The notes under the pieces were generated by a model. That model saw nothing but the letters and a program-made list of their open reading frames with translations. It made no database searches and was not told the origin of the DNA. Shown piece after piece: positions 29,272-38,690 of a DNA stretch of 64,000 nucleotides. Origin of the DNA: Pseudomonadota bacterium (GTDB lineage Bacteria; Pseudomonadota; Gammaproteobacteria; Burkholderiales; Burkholderiaceae_C); the NCBI GenBank assembly GCA_046047055.1, contig JBJOIR010000002.1, positions 15,291-79,290 of the forward strand, read 5' to 3'. Numbering within the stretch: position 1 is the stretch's first letter; each line of letters begins with the position of its first letter. A program made the position numbers and the translations under genes.

Positions 29272-30147
29272 ATGTCCGCTGCCTCCCGCATTCCACCCAT
29301 TCAGTGCCTTTTGACATTTGAGGCTTTGGCCCGTTTGCGCAGCGTGACGCAGGCCGCTGAAGAGTTGTGCGTGACCCCCAGCGCGGTGAGCCACCGGGTC
29401 AAGCAGTTGGAGCAAATCATTGGCACCAAACTGTTTGGCCGGGCTGATTTTTCGCTCACCACCGAAGGCATCGAGTACCTGGCACATGTGCGCGAAGGCT
29501 TGGTCTCGCTGCAGCGCTTTCCCAGCGCCAGCAACCCGTCTGGCCGGCGCAAACTGCGATTGGCGGTCACCCCCACTTTTGCCCGCTCGGTGCTGATGCC
29601 TCGGCTGAAAACCTTTCTGGACGCGTATCCCGAAATCGACATCACGCTGCAAGTGAGCATTCCTTTGCTCGACGTGGTCGCCGAAGACGCCGACCTGACG
29701 GTGCGTTTTGGCACTGGGCGTTACTCGGATGTCGAACACGTGTGCTTGGCCAAGGATGAAGTCACCCCACTGGCCTCGCCGGCTTGGTTGCGCGAAAACG
29801 GTCCCTTCAGCAGCGCCGAAGATTTGCAGGGCGTGGCCCTGCTGCGCAGCCCGCTCGAGCCTTGGCGCACCTGGTTTGCCGCGCACAACCTGGACTGGCC
29901 CGAGCCCATGGACGGCTCGTCTTTCAATGACATTGGCCTGATGTGCGATGCCGCCGCGCAAGGCTTGGGGGTGGGACTGATTCGCACCAAACTGGGCGCG
30001 CCTTGGCTAGAAAGCGGGCAACTGGTGCGGCTGTTCGAGCGCAGCGTGCCCAGCCCACACGCGCACTACCTGTGCTGGCGCACCGGCACCATGGAGCGCT
30101 GGGAATGCGCCACCTTTGCCGACTGGCTGAAAAGCGTATTGGCCTGA
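29272..30147 (+). CDS. LysR-family regulator (GcvA-like)
   Basis: HTH SVTQAAEELCVTPSAVSHRVKQLE; AVTPTFAR...VRFG. Confidence 0.92.
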   Translation: MSAASRIPPIQCLLTFEALARLRSVTQAAEELCVTPSAVSHRVKQLEQIIGTKLFGRADFSLTTEGIEYLAHVREGLVSLQRFPSASNPSGRRKLRLAVTPTFARSVLMPRLKTFLDAYPEIDITLQVSIPLLDVVAEDADLTVRFGTGRYSDVEHVCLAKDEVTPLASPAWLRENGPFSSAEDLQGVALLRSPLEPWRTWFAAHNLDWPEPMDGSSFNDIGLMCDAAAQGLGVGLIRTKLGAPWLESGQLVRLFERSVPSPHAHYLCWRTGTMERWECATFADWLKSVLA

Positions 30148-30241
30148 TGCGGCCTTTTTCACAAACACATCAAAGTTTCTTCAGCACACCCAAGCGCCCT
30201 TGCGCTTAAAGTAGCAGCACTCCAAAACGGGATTGAATGCC

Positions 30242-31750
30242 ATGAGCGCCAACACCCCCCAAGAAATTCAAGAACTCACGGTTGCTGAGCGTGCTGAGCG
30301 CCAGCGCGCCGTGGTGCAGGCCCTGCAGCGGGTGTTGCCTGCATCGTCTATTTTGTACACCCCCGAAGACACCACGCCCTACGAGTGCGATGGCTTGACG
30401 GCTTACCGCGAGCGCCCCTTGGTGGTGGTCCTGCCCGAAACCGCTGCCGAAGTACAAAACGTGCTCAAAGCCTGCCACGCCCTGCAAGTGCCGGTGGTGG
30501 CGCGCGGTGCGGGCACGGGTTTGTCGGGTGGCGCCATGCCGCACCGCATGGGCGTGACCTTGTCGATGGCGCGCTTCAACCAGATCAAAAGCGTTGACCC
30601 TGTGAGCCGCACCGCGGTGGTCGAGTGCGGTGTGCGCAATTTGGCCATCAGCGAGGCGGCTGCGCCCTACGGCTTGTATTACGCACCTGATCCGTCCAGC
30701 CAAATCGCCTGCACCATTGGTGGCAACGTGGCCGAAAACTCGGGCGGTGTGCACTGCCTTAAATATGGCCTGACGGTGCACAACGTACTCAAGGTCAAGG
30801 GCTTCACCATCGAGGGCGAGCCCATCGAGTTCGGCAGCGATGCCCTGGATGCGCCGGGGTACGACTTGCTGGCCGTGTTGGTCGGCAGCGAAGGCATGTT
30901 GGCCGTGACCACCGAAGTCACCGTCAAATTGGTGCCCAAACCCCAACTGGCGCGCTGCATCATGGCCAGCTTTGACGACGTGCGCAAAGCTGGTGATGCC
31001 GTGGCCGCCGTGATTGCGGCCGGCATCATTCCTGCTGGCCTCGAGATGATGGATGGCCCCATGACCATCGCGGTGGAAGACTTTGTGCACGCGGGGTACG
31101 ACCTCACGGCTGCGGCCATCTTGCTGTGCGAGAGCGATGGCACACCCGAAGAAGTCGAAGAAGAAATTGGCCGCATGAGCGAGGTGCTGCGCAACTGCGG
31201 CGCCACCGCCATCACCGTGAGCCGCGACGAAGCGCAACGCTTGAAGTTTTGGAGCGGCCGCAAAAACGCGTTTCCGGCCTCCGGTCGCATCAGCCCCGAT
31301 TACATGTGCATGGACTCGACCATTCCACGCAAGCGATTGGCCGACATCTTGCAGGCGATTTCTGAGATGGAAAAGAAATACGCTTTGCGCTGCCTGAACG
31401 TCTTTCATGCCGGCGATGGCAATTTGCACCCCCTGATCTTGTTTGATGCAAACGACCCTGACCAGTTGCACCGCTGCGAACAATTTGGTGCCGACATTCT
31501 TGAAACCAGTGTGGCCATGGGTGGCACGGTGACGGGCGAGCACGGTGTGGGCATCGAAAAAGTCAACAGCATGTGCGTGCAGTTCAGCGCCGAAGAAAAC
31601 GAGATGATGTTTGCGGTCAAACGCGCGTTTGACCCGCAGAGTCTGCTCAACCCCGGCAAAGTGATTCCGACGCTGAACCGCTGCGCCGAGTACGGCCGCA
31701 TGTTGGTGCGGGCGGGAGCCATCAAACACCCTGAGCTTGAGCGGTTCTGA
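30242..31750 (+). CDS. glcD: Glycolate oxidase subunit GlcD-like FAD-linked oxidase
   Basis: YECDGL, RGAGTGLSGG, PDPSSQIACTIGGNVAENSGG, HAGDGNLH, GEHGVG. Confidence 0.88.
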   Translation: MSANTPQEIQELTVAERAERQRAVVQALQRVLPASSILYTPEDTTPYECDGLTAYRERPLVVVLPETAAEVQNVLKACHALQVPVVARGAGTGLSGGAMPHRMGVTLSMARFNQIKSVDPVSRTAVVECGVRNLAISEAAAPYGLYYAPDPSSQIACTIGGNVAENSGGVHCLKYGLTVHNVLKVKGFTIEGEPIEFGSDALDAPGYDLLAVLVGSEGMLAVTTEVTVKLVPKPQLARCIMASFDDVRKAGDAVAAVIAAGIIPAGLEMMDGPMTIAVEDFVHAGYDLTAAAILLCESDGTPEEVEEEIGRMSEVLRNCGATAITVSRDEAQRLKFWSGRKNAFPASGRISPDYMCMDSTIPRKRLADILQAISEMEKKYALRCLNVFHAGDGNLHPLILFDANDPDQLHRCEQFGADILETSVAMGGTVTGEHGVGIEKVNSMCVQFSAEENEMMFAVKRAFDPQSLLNPGKVIPTLNRCAEYGRMLVRAGAIKHPELERF

Positions 31751-31769
31751 GCCGGCACACTTCTCCCCC

Positions 31770-31795
31770 AGCCTGAGCGTTCCTCAGGCTTTTTT
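31770..31795 (+). terminator. Intrinsic terminator after glcD
   Basis: AGCCTGAG-CGTTC-CTCAGGCT followed by a T-run. Confidence 0.85.
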
Positions 31796-31804
31796 GAGTC
31801 ATTT

Positions 31805-31854
31805 TGGTTGCATGCGCAACCATTCGCGTTTTCACCTGGTTGCGCACGCAACCA
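31805..31854. promoter_or_regulatory. Twin palindromic operators, putative MarR sites
   Basis: TGGTTGC-N4-GCAACCA at 31805-31822 and 31837-31854, 32 bp apart, directly upstream of marR. Confidence 0.75.
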
Positions 31855-31907
31855 AATAACCGTAACATCGCCAGTCAATAACGCCAATGCACCCCAGCCC
31901 AACGCGC

Positions 31908-32378
31908 ATGTCCACACCCCTTGACCGCACCCTGACCTACCGCTTGCACCAACTGCACAAGCTGACCGACTCGGACAGCCAGTCGGCCTATCCTGCATAC
32001 ACGGGTTTGTCGATGAGCGATGGCCGGTGCCTGACCACGATTGGCACTTTTGAGCCTTTATCGGTGAAAGAGTTGGCCGAAAAAGCCAACCTGAACAAAG
32101 GCCAAGCCAGCCGCGCAGCACAAGCCTTGGTTGACCAAGGCTTGGTGCTCAAAGCCGACCATCCGGGCGATGGCCGCGGCGTGGTGTTGACCCTGCGGCC
32201 TGCCGGGCGCAAGGTGTTTGAGCGCGCCATGGCCATGGTGGCGCAACGCAACCAAGACATATTTGGCTGCCTGAGCGCCAAAGAACAAGCCAGCCTGAGC
32301 GCCATGTTTGACCGCCTGATTGCGCATGCGCGCCCGGCCGTCGCCACACGCGCTGCTGCCCACCCTTCCCCAACTTGA
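31908..32378 (+). CDS. MarR-family regulator
   Basis: LSVKELAEKANLNKGQASRAAQALVDQGLV, DGRGVVLTL. Alternative start at 31887. Confidence 0.9.
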   Translation: MSTPLDRTLTYRLHQLHKLTDSDSQSAYPAYTGLSMSDGRCLTTIGTFEPLSVKELAEKANLNKGQASRAAQALVDQGLVLKADHPGDGRGVVLTLRPAGRKVFERAMAMVAQRNQDIFGCLSAKEQASLSAMFDRLIAHARPAVATRAAAHPSPT

Positions 32379-32383
32379 TCGCC

Positions 32384-34075
32384 ATGCACCAGCCCAGCAC
32401 CGAAGCCCGCCCCTCGCTCTATTACCCATACGAGGTTTTTAAACCTTGGCTGGCATCGGCGCACCCGCCCCAGGCGCGGCAAAAAGTGGTGATCGTGGGG
32501 GCCGGCCCTGCCGGCATGGTCACCGCGCTCGAACTGGCCCGCCATGGCGTGGCCAGCGTGGTGTTGTCGGCTGACTTGCAGTTTTCACAAGGGAGCCGCG
32601 CCATTTGTTTCACCCGCCGCTCGATGGAGATATTGCAGCAAGTGGGCGTGGCCGATCGCATGACGGAGATCGGTTTGCCCTGGCGTTTTGGCAATTCGTT
32701 TTACCGGGGCCAGCGCGTTTTTCGGATGGAAGCGCCGCACGATCCACACGATCGGTTTTTTCCGATCATCAATGTGCAACAACCCTACATGGAGGAGTTT
32801 CTGCACGACGCTTGCCAAGCGAATCCACTGATCGACTTTCGCTGGGGCAACAAGCTCAACCACTTGTCGCAAAAAGAGGGTTATGCCGTGCTGGAGGTGG
32901 ACACCCCAGAAGGCCCCTATGCCCTTGAAAGTGACTGGGTGGTGGCCGCTGACGGCGGCCGGTCGGCCTTGCGCTCGGCCCTGAATTTGCAAATGGAGGG
33001 CGCGTCTTACGAGGGTATCTTTGTCATCGCCGACATCAAAATTGACCTGCCTTTGCCGACCGAACGCTTGGCCTATTTTGATCCCGACTGGAACCCCGGC
33101 AACACCATCTTGATGCACCGTGAACCCCACGGCATTTGGCGTGTGGACTACCAACTGCCACCCGGCGAAACGCCCGAGGAGGCCTTGCGCCCAGAGTCAC
33201 TCAAAACCCGCATCAATGCCCAGTTGGCCATGATCGGACACGCCAACACGCCTTGGGAAATGGACTGGTCTTCGGTGTACTCGGCACGCACATTGACGCT
33301 GCCCGAGTTTGTGCACGGCAGCGTGATTTTTACCGGGGACGCCGCCCACCTGTTGCCTATTTTTGGCGTGCGTGGGGCCAACACCGCATTTCAAGATGCG
33401 CAGTCGCTGGGTTGGCAATTGGGGGCAGTCGTACAAGGTTTGGCCGGCAAGTCCTTGTTGGCCAACCACAGTGCAGAGCGGGTGGGCGCCGCGCGCGAGA
33501 TCATCACCGAGGCGGGCAAAAGCACGCGCTTCATGGCGCCGCCCAGCGCGGGTTTCAGGTTGCTCCGTGATGCGGTGCTGTCGCTCTCGCTCACGCAAGA
33601 ATTTGTGCGGCCGCTGTACCACTGGCGCACCTCGCGACCGCACGCGTACACGCATTCGCGCTTGAACTGCCAACAAGATGACAACGCTTTGTTCCAAAAC
33701 GGTCCAGCGCACGGCGCACCGCCGCAAAACGTGCGCCTTGGCGATGACGATTATTTGTTAGACCATTTGGGCGGTGGCTTTGATTTGCTTTACTTCACCC
33801 AAGCTGCGGAACTGCCGGCCAGCCTGCAAACCGTGCTGGCCAACGCGCGCGCCAAGGGCGTGCGCATTCGGGTAACGGCAGTGGGCGCAGGCCATGCCGT
33901 GGCGGGTTGCGACCAGACACTGCCCGACGCCGCTGGTGACTTGCGCCAACGTTATGGCATGGCTGTCGAAGGTGCGGCTTATCTGCTGCGACCAGACCAA
34001 CACATTTGTGCCCGCTGGTTGTCGCTCGAAGCCCCGGCATTGCAGGCGGCTTTGGTCAACGCCTTGCCACAATAA
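32384..34075 (+). CDS. FAD-dependent aromatic ring hydroxylase (candidate 4-hydroxyphenylacetate 1-hydroxylase large subunit)
   Basis: GAGPAG, ADGGRS, GDAAH..P..G.RGANT..QD motifs; C-terminal thioredoxin-like LLRPDQH; followed by DUF2783, VOC and fahA. Confidence 0.8.
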   Translation: MHQPSTEARPSLYYPYEVFKPWLASAHPPQARQKVVIVGAGPAGMVTALELARHGVASVVLSADLQFSQGSRAICFTRRSMEILQQVGVADRMTEIGLPWRFGNSFYRGQRVFRMEAPHDPHDRFFPIINVQQPYMEEFLHDACQANPLIDFRWGNKLNHLSQKEGYAVLEVDTPEGPYALESDWVVAADGGRSALRSALNLQMEGASYEGIFVIADIKIDLPLPTERLAYFDPDWNPGNTILMHREPHGIWRVDYQLPPGETPEEALRPESLKTRINAQLAMIGHANTPWEMDWSSVYSARTLTLPEFVHGSVIFTGDAAHLLPIFGVRGANTAFQDAQSLGWQLGAVVQGLAGKSLLANHSAERVGAAREIITEAGKSTRFMAPPSAGFRLLRDAVLSLSLTQEFVRPLYHWRTSRPHAYTHSRLNCQQDDNALFQNGPAHGAPPQNVRLGDDDYLLDHLGGGFDLLYFTQAAELPASLQTVLANARAKGVRIRVTAVGAGHAVAGCDQTLPDAAGDLRQRYGMAVEGAAYLLRPDQHICARWLSLEAPALQAALVNALPQ

Positions 34076-34084
34076 GGAAACCCC

Positions 34085-34291
34085 ATGCCCAACGCCATGA
34101 ATGCTTCAGCGCCCAGCCTTTCAATCGACGGACTCGAGACCGTTTACGACGCACTGGCCACCGCCATCGATCAAGTGGGTCCCGACAAAGCCTCGCTGTT
34201 TTTGGTCAAGTTGGCCTTGCTCAATGCGCAGGCCTTGGGCGACGCGCCGCAATTTCAGCAGCACATTGCCTCTGCCCTGCAAGATCTTTGA
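34085..34291 (+). CDS. DUF2783-family small protein (possible hydroxylase coupling subunit)
   Basis: LETVYDALATAIDQVG..KASLFLVKLALL..ALGD; AAGGA RBS. Confidence 0.75.
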   Translation: MPNAMNASAPSLSIDGLETVYDALATAIDQVGPDKASLFLVKLALLNAQALGDAPQFQQHIASALQDL

Positions 34292-34294
34292 CTT

Positions 34295-34330
34295 CACACC
34301 GCACACAACACCGAACATCACACCGTAATT
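34295..34330. repeat. 12-bp tandem repeat x3
   Basis: CACACCGCACAC / AACACCGAACAT / CACACCGTAATT. Confidence 0.6.
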
Positions 34331-34344
34331 ATCAGGAGACCCCC

Positions 34345-34881
34345 ATGCTGGTTCAATCTGTTCACCATGTTGCCTACCGTTGCAAAGACGCCAAAGAAAC
34401 CGTCGAGTGGTACCAAAAGCACCTCGACATGAAGTTTGTGCTGGCGATTGCCGAAAACGAAGTGCCCTCGACCAAAGCGCCTGACCCGTACATGCACATT
34501 TTTTTAGATGCGGGGCAAGGCAATATCTTGGCTTTTTTTGAGTTGCCGAACCAAGCCGAAATGGGCCGCGACCCGAACACCCCAGCCTGGGTACAGCACT
34601 TGGCCCTGAAAGTTGAATCGCTCGAGGCGCTGCAAGCTGCCAAAGACAAGTTGGTGGCAGGGGGCGTCGAGGTGTTGGGGCCGGTGGACCACACCATTTT
34701 CAAGAGCATTTACTTCTTCGACCCCAATGGCCACCGACTCGAGTTGGCCGCCGACTGCGGTACACCTGAGATGATGAAAAAACTCGACGACGTGAAGTGG
34801 GACATGCTCGAAGAATGGAGTCAAACCAAACGCGCCCCCAAACATGCCGCGTGGATGCACGACGGCAGCATGAACAACTGA
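34345..34881 (+). CDS. VOC-family protein in homogentisate-type catabolic operon
   Basis: HHVAYRCKDAKETV, DPYMHIF, WVQHLA, SIYFFDPNGHRLEL; AGGAG RBS. Confidence 0.85.
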   Translation: MLVQSVHHVAYRCKDAKETVEWYQKHLDMKFVLAIAENEVPSTKAPDPYMHIFLDAGQGNILAFFELPNQAEMGRDPNTPAWVQHLALKVESLEALQAAKDKLVAGGVEVLGPVDHTIFKSIYFFDPNGHRLELAADCGTPEMMKKLDDVKWDMLEEWSQTKRAPKHAAWMHDGSMNN

Positions 34882-34890
34882 GTTCGGACG

Positions 34891-36243
34891 ATGCTGCAAC
34901 TGAACGAAACCCACGACCCAACGCTGACCAGTTGGGTGGTCTCGGCCAACACCGCAAACAGCGACTTTCCGATTCAAAACCTGCCCTTTGCGGTGTTCCG
35001 GAGGCAAGGCGCTGGTGAAGCTTTTCGCGGCGGCGTGGCCATTGGCGATCAGATCGTGGACTTGGCCGCGGTGCTGAAGGGCAACCACCTTCAAGGCGCA
35101 GCGCTTTCTGCGGACCCAACCCAACTGGCGCAAAGGGCTTTGCAGGCCGCAGCGCAAGACCAGTTGAATGCGCTGATGGCGCTGGGTCATGGCGCATGCA
35201 GCGCCTTGCGTTTGTCTTTGTCACGCGCTTTGCGCACCGGGGCCGCCGAGTCACACGCGCTGCAAGCCTGCTTGGTGCCGCAAGCCCACGCCGAATACAC
35301 GGTGCCCGCCCGCATTGGCGACTACACCGACTTCTACACTTCGGTGCACCATGCCACCAACATCGGCAAACAGTTTCGCCCTGACAACCCGCTGTTGCCC
35401 AATTACAAGTGGGTGCCCATTGGCTACCATGGTCGCGCCTCCAGCATTGGGGTGTCGGGCCAGCAATTTCGCCGGCCCTGGGGACAAACCATGCCACCCG
35501 GTGCCGCCGAACCGGTATTGGGCCCGTGTCAACGGCTGGACATTGAGCTCGAGTTGGGCATTTTTGTGGGCCAAAGCAACGCGCAAGGCGAAGCGGTGGA
35601 CATCACCGAGGCCGAAGACCATGTCTTTGGCATCACCTTGCTCAACGATTGGTCGGCGCGTGACATTCAGGGATGGGAATACCAACCGCTGGGGCCTTTT
35701 TTGTCGAAAAATTTTGCATCGACGGTGTCCCCTTGGGTGGTGACCCTGGAGGCCCTGGCCCCCTTTCGTGTGCCCTTCATGCGTCCGTTCAATGACCCGC
35801 AACCGATGGCCTACCTCGATTCGCCACACAACCAACAGGCGGGGGCATTCGACATTCAACTGCAAGTGGGCCTGCAAACCCCCACGATGCGCGCAGCCGG
35901 TATGGGCGATGCCACCCTCTGCCGCACCAGCTATCGGCATGCTTATTGGACTGTCGCGCAAATGGTGACCCACCACACCGTGAACGGTTGCAATCTGCAA
36001 GCCGGTGATTTGCTGGGCAGTGGCACTTTGTCGGGCCCCACCCTGGACCAAGCCGGGGCCTTGATCGAGTTAACCCAAGGCGGCAAAAACCCGATGACGC
36101 TGCCCAATGGCGAACAACGCACCTGGCTTGAAGATGGCGACAGCGTGGTGCTGCGCGGTTGGTGCGAGCGCGCGGGTGCGGTGCGCATTGGTTTTGGTGA
36201 ATGCAGCGGCACGGTACTGCCCGCCCGCAGGGCAAAAACCTGA
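34891..36243 (+). CDS. fahA: Fumarylacetoacetase
   Basis: DFPIQNLPF, DYTDFY, YHGRASS, LDIELE, NDWSARDIQGWEYQPLGPF. Confidence 0.95.
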   Translation: MLQLNETHDPTLTSWVVSANTANSDFPIQNLPFAVFRRQGAGEAFRGGVAIGDQIVDLAAVLKGNHLQGAALSADPTQLAQRALQAAAQDQLNALMALGHGACSALRLSLSRALRTGAAESHALQACLVPQAHAEYTVPARIGDYTDFYTSVHHATNIGKQFRPDNPLLPNYKWVPIGYHGRASSIGVSGQQFRRPWGQTMPPGAAEPVLGPCQRLDIELELGIFVGQSNAQGEAVDITEAEDHVFGITLLNDWSARDIQGWEYQPLGPFLSKNFASTVSPWVVTLEALAPFRVPFMRPFNDPQPMAYLDSPHNQQAGAFDIQLQVGLQTPTMRAAGMGDATLCRTSYRHAYWTVAQMVTHHTVNGCNLQAGDLLGSGTLSGPTLDQAGALIELTQGGKNPMTLPNGEQRTWLEDGDSVVLRGWCERAGAVRIGFGECSGTVLPARRAKT

Positions 36244-36248
36244 AGCGC

Positions 36249-36932
36249 TCAGCGCTTGCCAAAAATCGCCGTGCCCACCCGCACCAAGGTACTGCCCTCG
36301 GCGATGGCGGCGTCCAAGTCGGCGCTCATGCCCATCGACAAGGTGTCCAACGCCAAGCCTTGCTGGTTCAAAGCGTCTAACAGCGCTTTGGCCTGCCGAT
36401 GGACGGCGCGCATGAGCGCAGGGGTTTCAGCCGGCTCAGGAATCGTCATCAAGCCGCGCAACTGCAAACGCGGCAAAGCGGCCACGGCCTGCGCGAGCGC
36501 AGGCAGCTCGTGGGGCGACACCCCCGACTTGGTGCTGCCGCCATCCACATTGACCTGAATACACACCTGCAAGGCGGGCAGGTTCTCGGGGCGTTGCTCG
36601 CTCAGGCGTTGTGCAATTTTGAGGCGGTCGATGCTGTGCACCCAGTCAAAATGCTCGGCCACCAAACGGGTTTTGTTGCTCTGAATAGGCCCAATGCAGT
36701 GCCATTGCAAAGGCAAATCTCTGAGGGCAGCGATCTTGTCCACGCCTTCTTGAATGTAGTTTTCGCCAAAGGCCCGTTGCCCCGCCGCATGGGCTTGGCG
36801 CACAGCTTCTGGGCCCCAAGTTTTGGACACCGCCAGCAGGCTCACGCTGGCAGGATCACGGCCCGCGGTTTGGCAGGCCGCTTGGATGTGCGCGCGCACC
36901 TGCGCCAGATTTTCGGCAATGAAAGCATTCAT
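36249..36932 (-). CDS. yggS: PLP homeostasis protein YggS
   Basis: LLAVSKT, FGENYIQE, IGPIQSNK, LSMGMS.D..AI..GST.VRVGTAIFG. Confidence 0.95.
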   Translation of the reverse strand: MNAFIAENLAQVRAHIQAACQTAGRDPASVSLLAVSKTWGPEAVRQAHAAGQRAFGENYIQEGVDKIAALRDLPLQWHCIGPIQSNKTRLVAEHFDWVHSIDRLKIAQRLSEQRPENLPALQVCIQVNVDGGSTKSGVSPHELPALAQAVAALPRLQLRGLMTIPEPAETPALMRAVHRQAKALLDALNQQGLALDTLSMGMSADLDAAIAEGSTLVRVGTAIFGKR

Positions 36933-37096
36933 GCCGCAAGCGTACCAAAACCCCAAGCCCTCTTTGTCTCGGAATTGATCGGGTGATGTTGAGTCGGACC
37001 GCAACCCTCCTGTCACTTGCCCAAAGAGCCCGAACCACGCAGGCCCTCTGACGGGCTGCTAAATTAGCGTTTTCTCATCAACCCTGCGAGACCCCC

Positions 37097-38002
37097 ATGA
37101 GCCAAATTGCCGCCAAAACCTACGAAGCCACCCCCGCCCGCCAAGTCGCCTTTTTGGGTCTGGGTGTGATGGGCTACCCCATGGCAGGCCACCTGGCCCG
37201 CGCCGGGCACCATGTCACCGTGTACAACCGCAGCCCCGCCAAAGCCAGCGCATGGGTGGCCGAGTGCCCCGGCAACGCCAGTGCCCCGACCCCTCGCGAG
37301 GCGGCCGCAGGCGCTGACATCGTGTTTGCCTGCGTGGGCAACGACGCTGATTTGCGCAGCGTGGTGTTGGGCCCGGATGGCGCCTTTGCCGGCATGAAGC
37401 CCGGCGCTGTTTTTGTCGACCACACCACGGCCTCGGCCTCGATAGCGCGTGAGTTGTCCGCTGAAGCCCAAAAGCGTGGCCTGCACTTCATCGATGCCCC
37501 CGTCTCTGGCGGACAAGCCGGCGCACAAAATGGCATGCTCACCGTGATGTGCGGTGGCGACACTGCGGCCTTTGAGCAAGTGAAACCCGCCGCCATGGCT
37601 TTCTCTCGCGCCTTCACCTTGCTGGGTGAGTCCGGCGCTGGTCAACTCGCCAAAATGGTCAACCAAATTTGCATCGCCGGACTGGTGCAGGGCCTCTCTG
37701 AAGCGGTGGCTTTTGGCCAGCAGGCAGGCTTGGACATGCACCAAGTGCTGGAGGTGATTGGCAAGGGCGCAGCCCAAAGCTGGCAACTCGACAACCGCGG
37801 CAAGACCATGGCCGACGACAAGTTTGATTTCGGTTTTGCGGTGGACTGGATGCGCAAAGATCTGGGCTTGGTGTTGGACGAGGCCAAGCGCAATGGCGCC
37901 CGGTTGCCCGTGACCGCGCTGGTGGACCAGTTTTATGCCGATGTGCAAAAAATGGGCGGAGGCCGCTGGGACACCTCCAGCCTGATCCGTCGCCTGCGCT
38001 GA
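37097..38002 (+). CDS. 3-hydroxyisobutyrate dehydrogenase-family NAD(P) oxidoreductase
   Basis: FLGLGVMG.PMA, DAPVSGG, KMVNQ, KDL. Confidence 0.9.
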   Translation: MSQIAAKTYEATPARQVAFLGLGVMGYPMAGHLARAGHHVTVYNRSPAKASAWVAECPGNASAPTPREAAAGADIVFACVGNDADLRSVVLGPDGAFAGMKPGAVFVDHTTASASIARELSAEAQKRGLHFIDAPVSGGQAGAQNGMLTVMCGGDTAAFEQVKPAAMAFSRAFTLLGESGAGQLAKMVNQICIAGLVQGLSEAVAFGQQAGLDMHQVLEVIGKGAAQSWQLDNRGKTMADDKFDFGFAVDWMRKDLGLVLDEAKRNGARLPVTALVDQFYADVQKMGGGRWDTSSLIRRLR

Positions 38003-38019
38003 GCACAGCACCCCAAAGC

Positions 38020-38050
38020 AAAAGAGCGACCCTCGGGTCGCTCTTTTTTT
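38020..38050. terminator. Bidirectional intrinsic terminator
   Basis: AAAAGAGCGACC-CTCG-GGTCGCTCTTTTTTT between convergent genes. Confidence 0.92.
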
Positions 38051-38063
38051 GTCTGAGGCTGGC

Positions 38064-38690
38064 TTACTTTGACAGGGGCGGCTGACTCAGGCGTTTGAGT
38101 TCTTCTTCAGAAATTTCATCAAACACGCGCACCACTTTGGTCACCCCACCAATGCCGCGCACGATGTCGCTGGCACGTTTGGCTTCACGCGCCGTGACCC
38201 GGCCCATGAGGTACACCGCACCGCGCTCGGTGACCACCTTGATGGCGTTCACTTGCAGGTCTTTGGCATCGATAAAGGCCGCCTTGGCTTGGCTGGTGAT
38301 CACCACGTCTTTGGAGCGCTGGGTCAGGCTGCTGGGCGGCGCCACGACCAAGTCGTTCACGATCGACTGGACGTTTTCTTGGCTTTGCGCCAACTTTTCA
38401 GCACGTTCTTTGTCGGCTTGGCTGCGCGCTTCGCCAGTAAGCAACACTTTGCGGTTGAAGCTGGTGACGTTCAGGTGCACGCGCTCACCCAAGTCTTTGC
38501 GCACCGCGCTGGCCACCTTCAGCTCGATCGCCTCGTCTTCTACTTGTGCACCTGCAGTGCGACGGTCAGTGGCCACCACGCCGGTCATCACCGCACCGCC
38601 GACGATGAGGGGCGCGCATCCAGACAAACCCACCAGCGCGGTGGCCAAAATGGCACCTGACAAAACCAACGATTGAAGATTGCGATTCAT
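38064..38690 (-). CDS. Dual BON-domain lipoprotein (DolP/YraP-like)
   Basis: Lipobox LSGC, DRRTAG.QVEDE.IE, two BON domains. Confidence 0.9.
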   Translation of the reverse strand: MNRNLQSLVLSGAILATALVGLSGCAPLIVGGAVMTGVVATDRRTAGAQVEDEAIELKVASAVRKDLGERVHLNVTSFNRKVLLTGEARSQADKERAEKLAQSQENVQSIVNDLVVAPPSSLTQRSKDVVITSQAKAAFIDAKDLQVNAIKVVTERGAVYLMGRVTAREAKRASDIVRGIGGVTKVVRVFDEISEEELKRLSQPPLSK

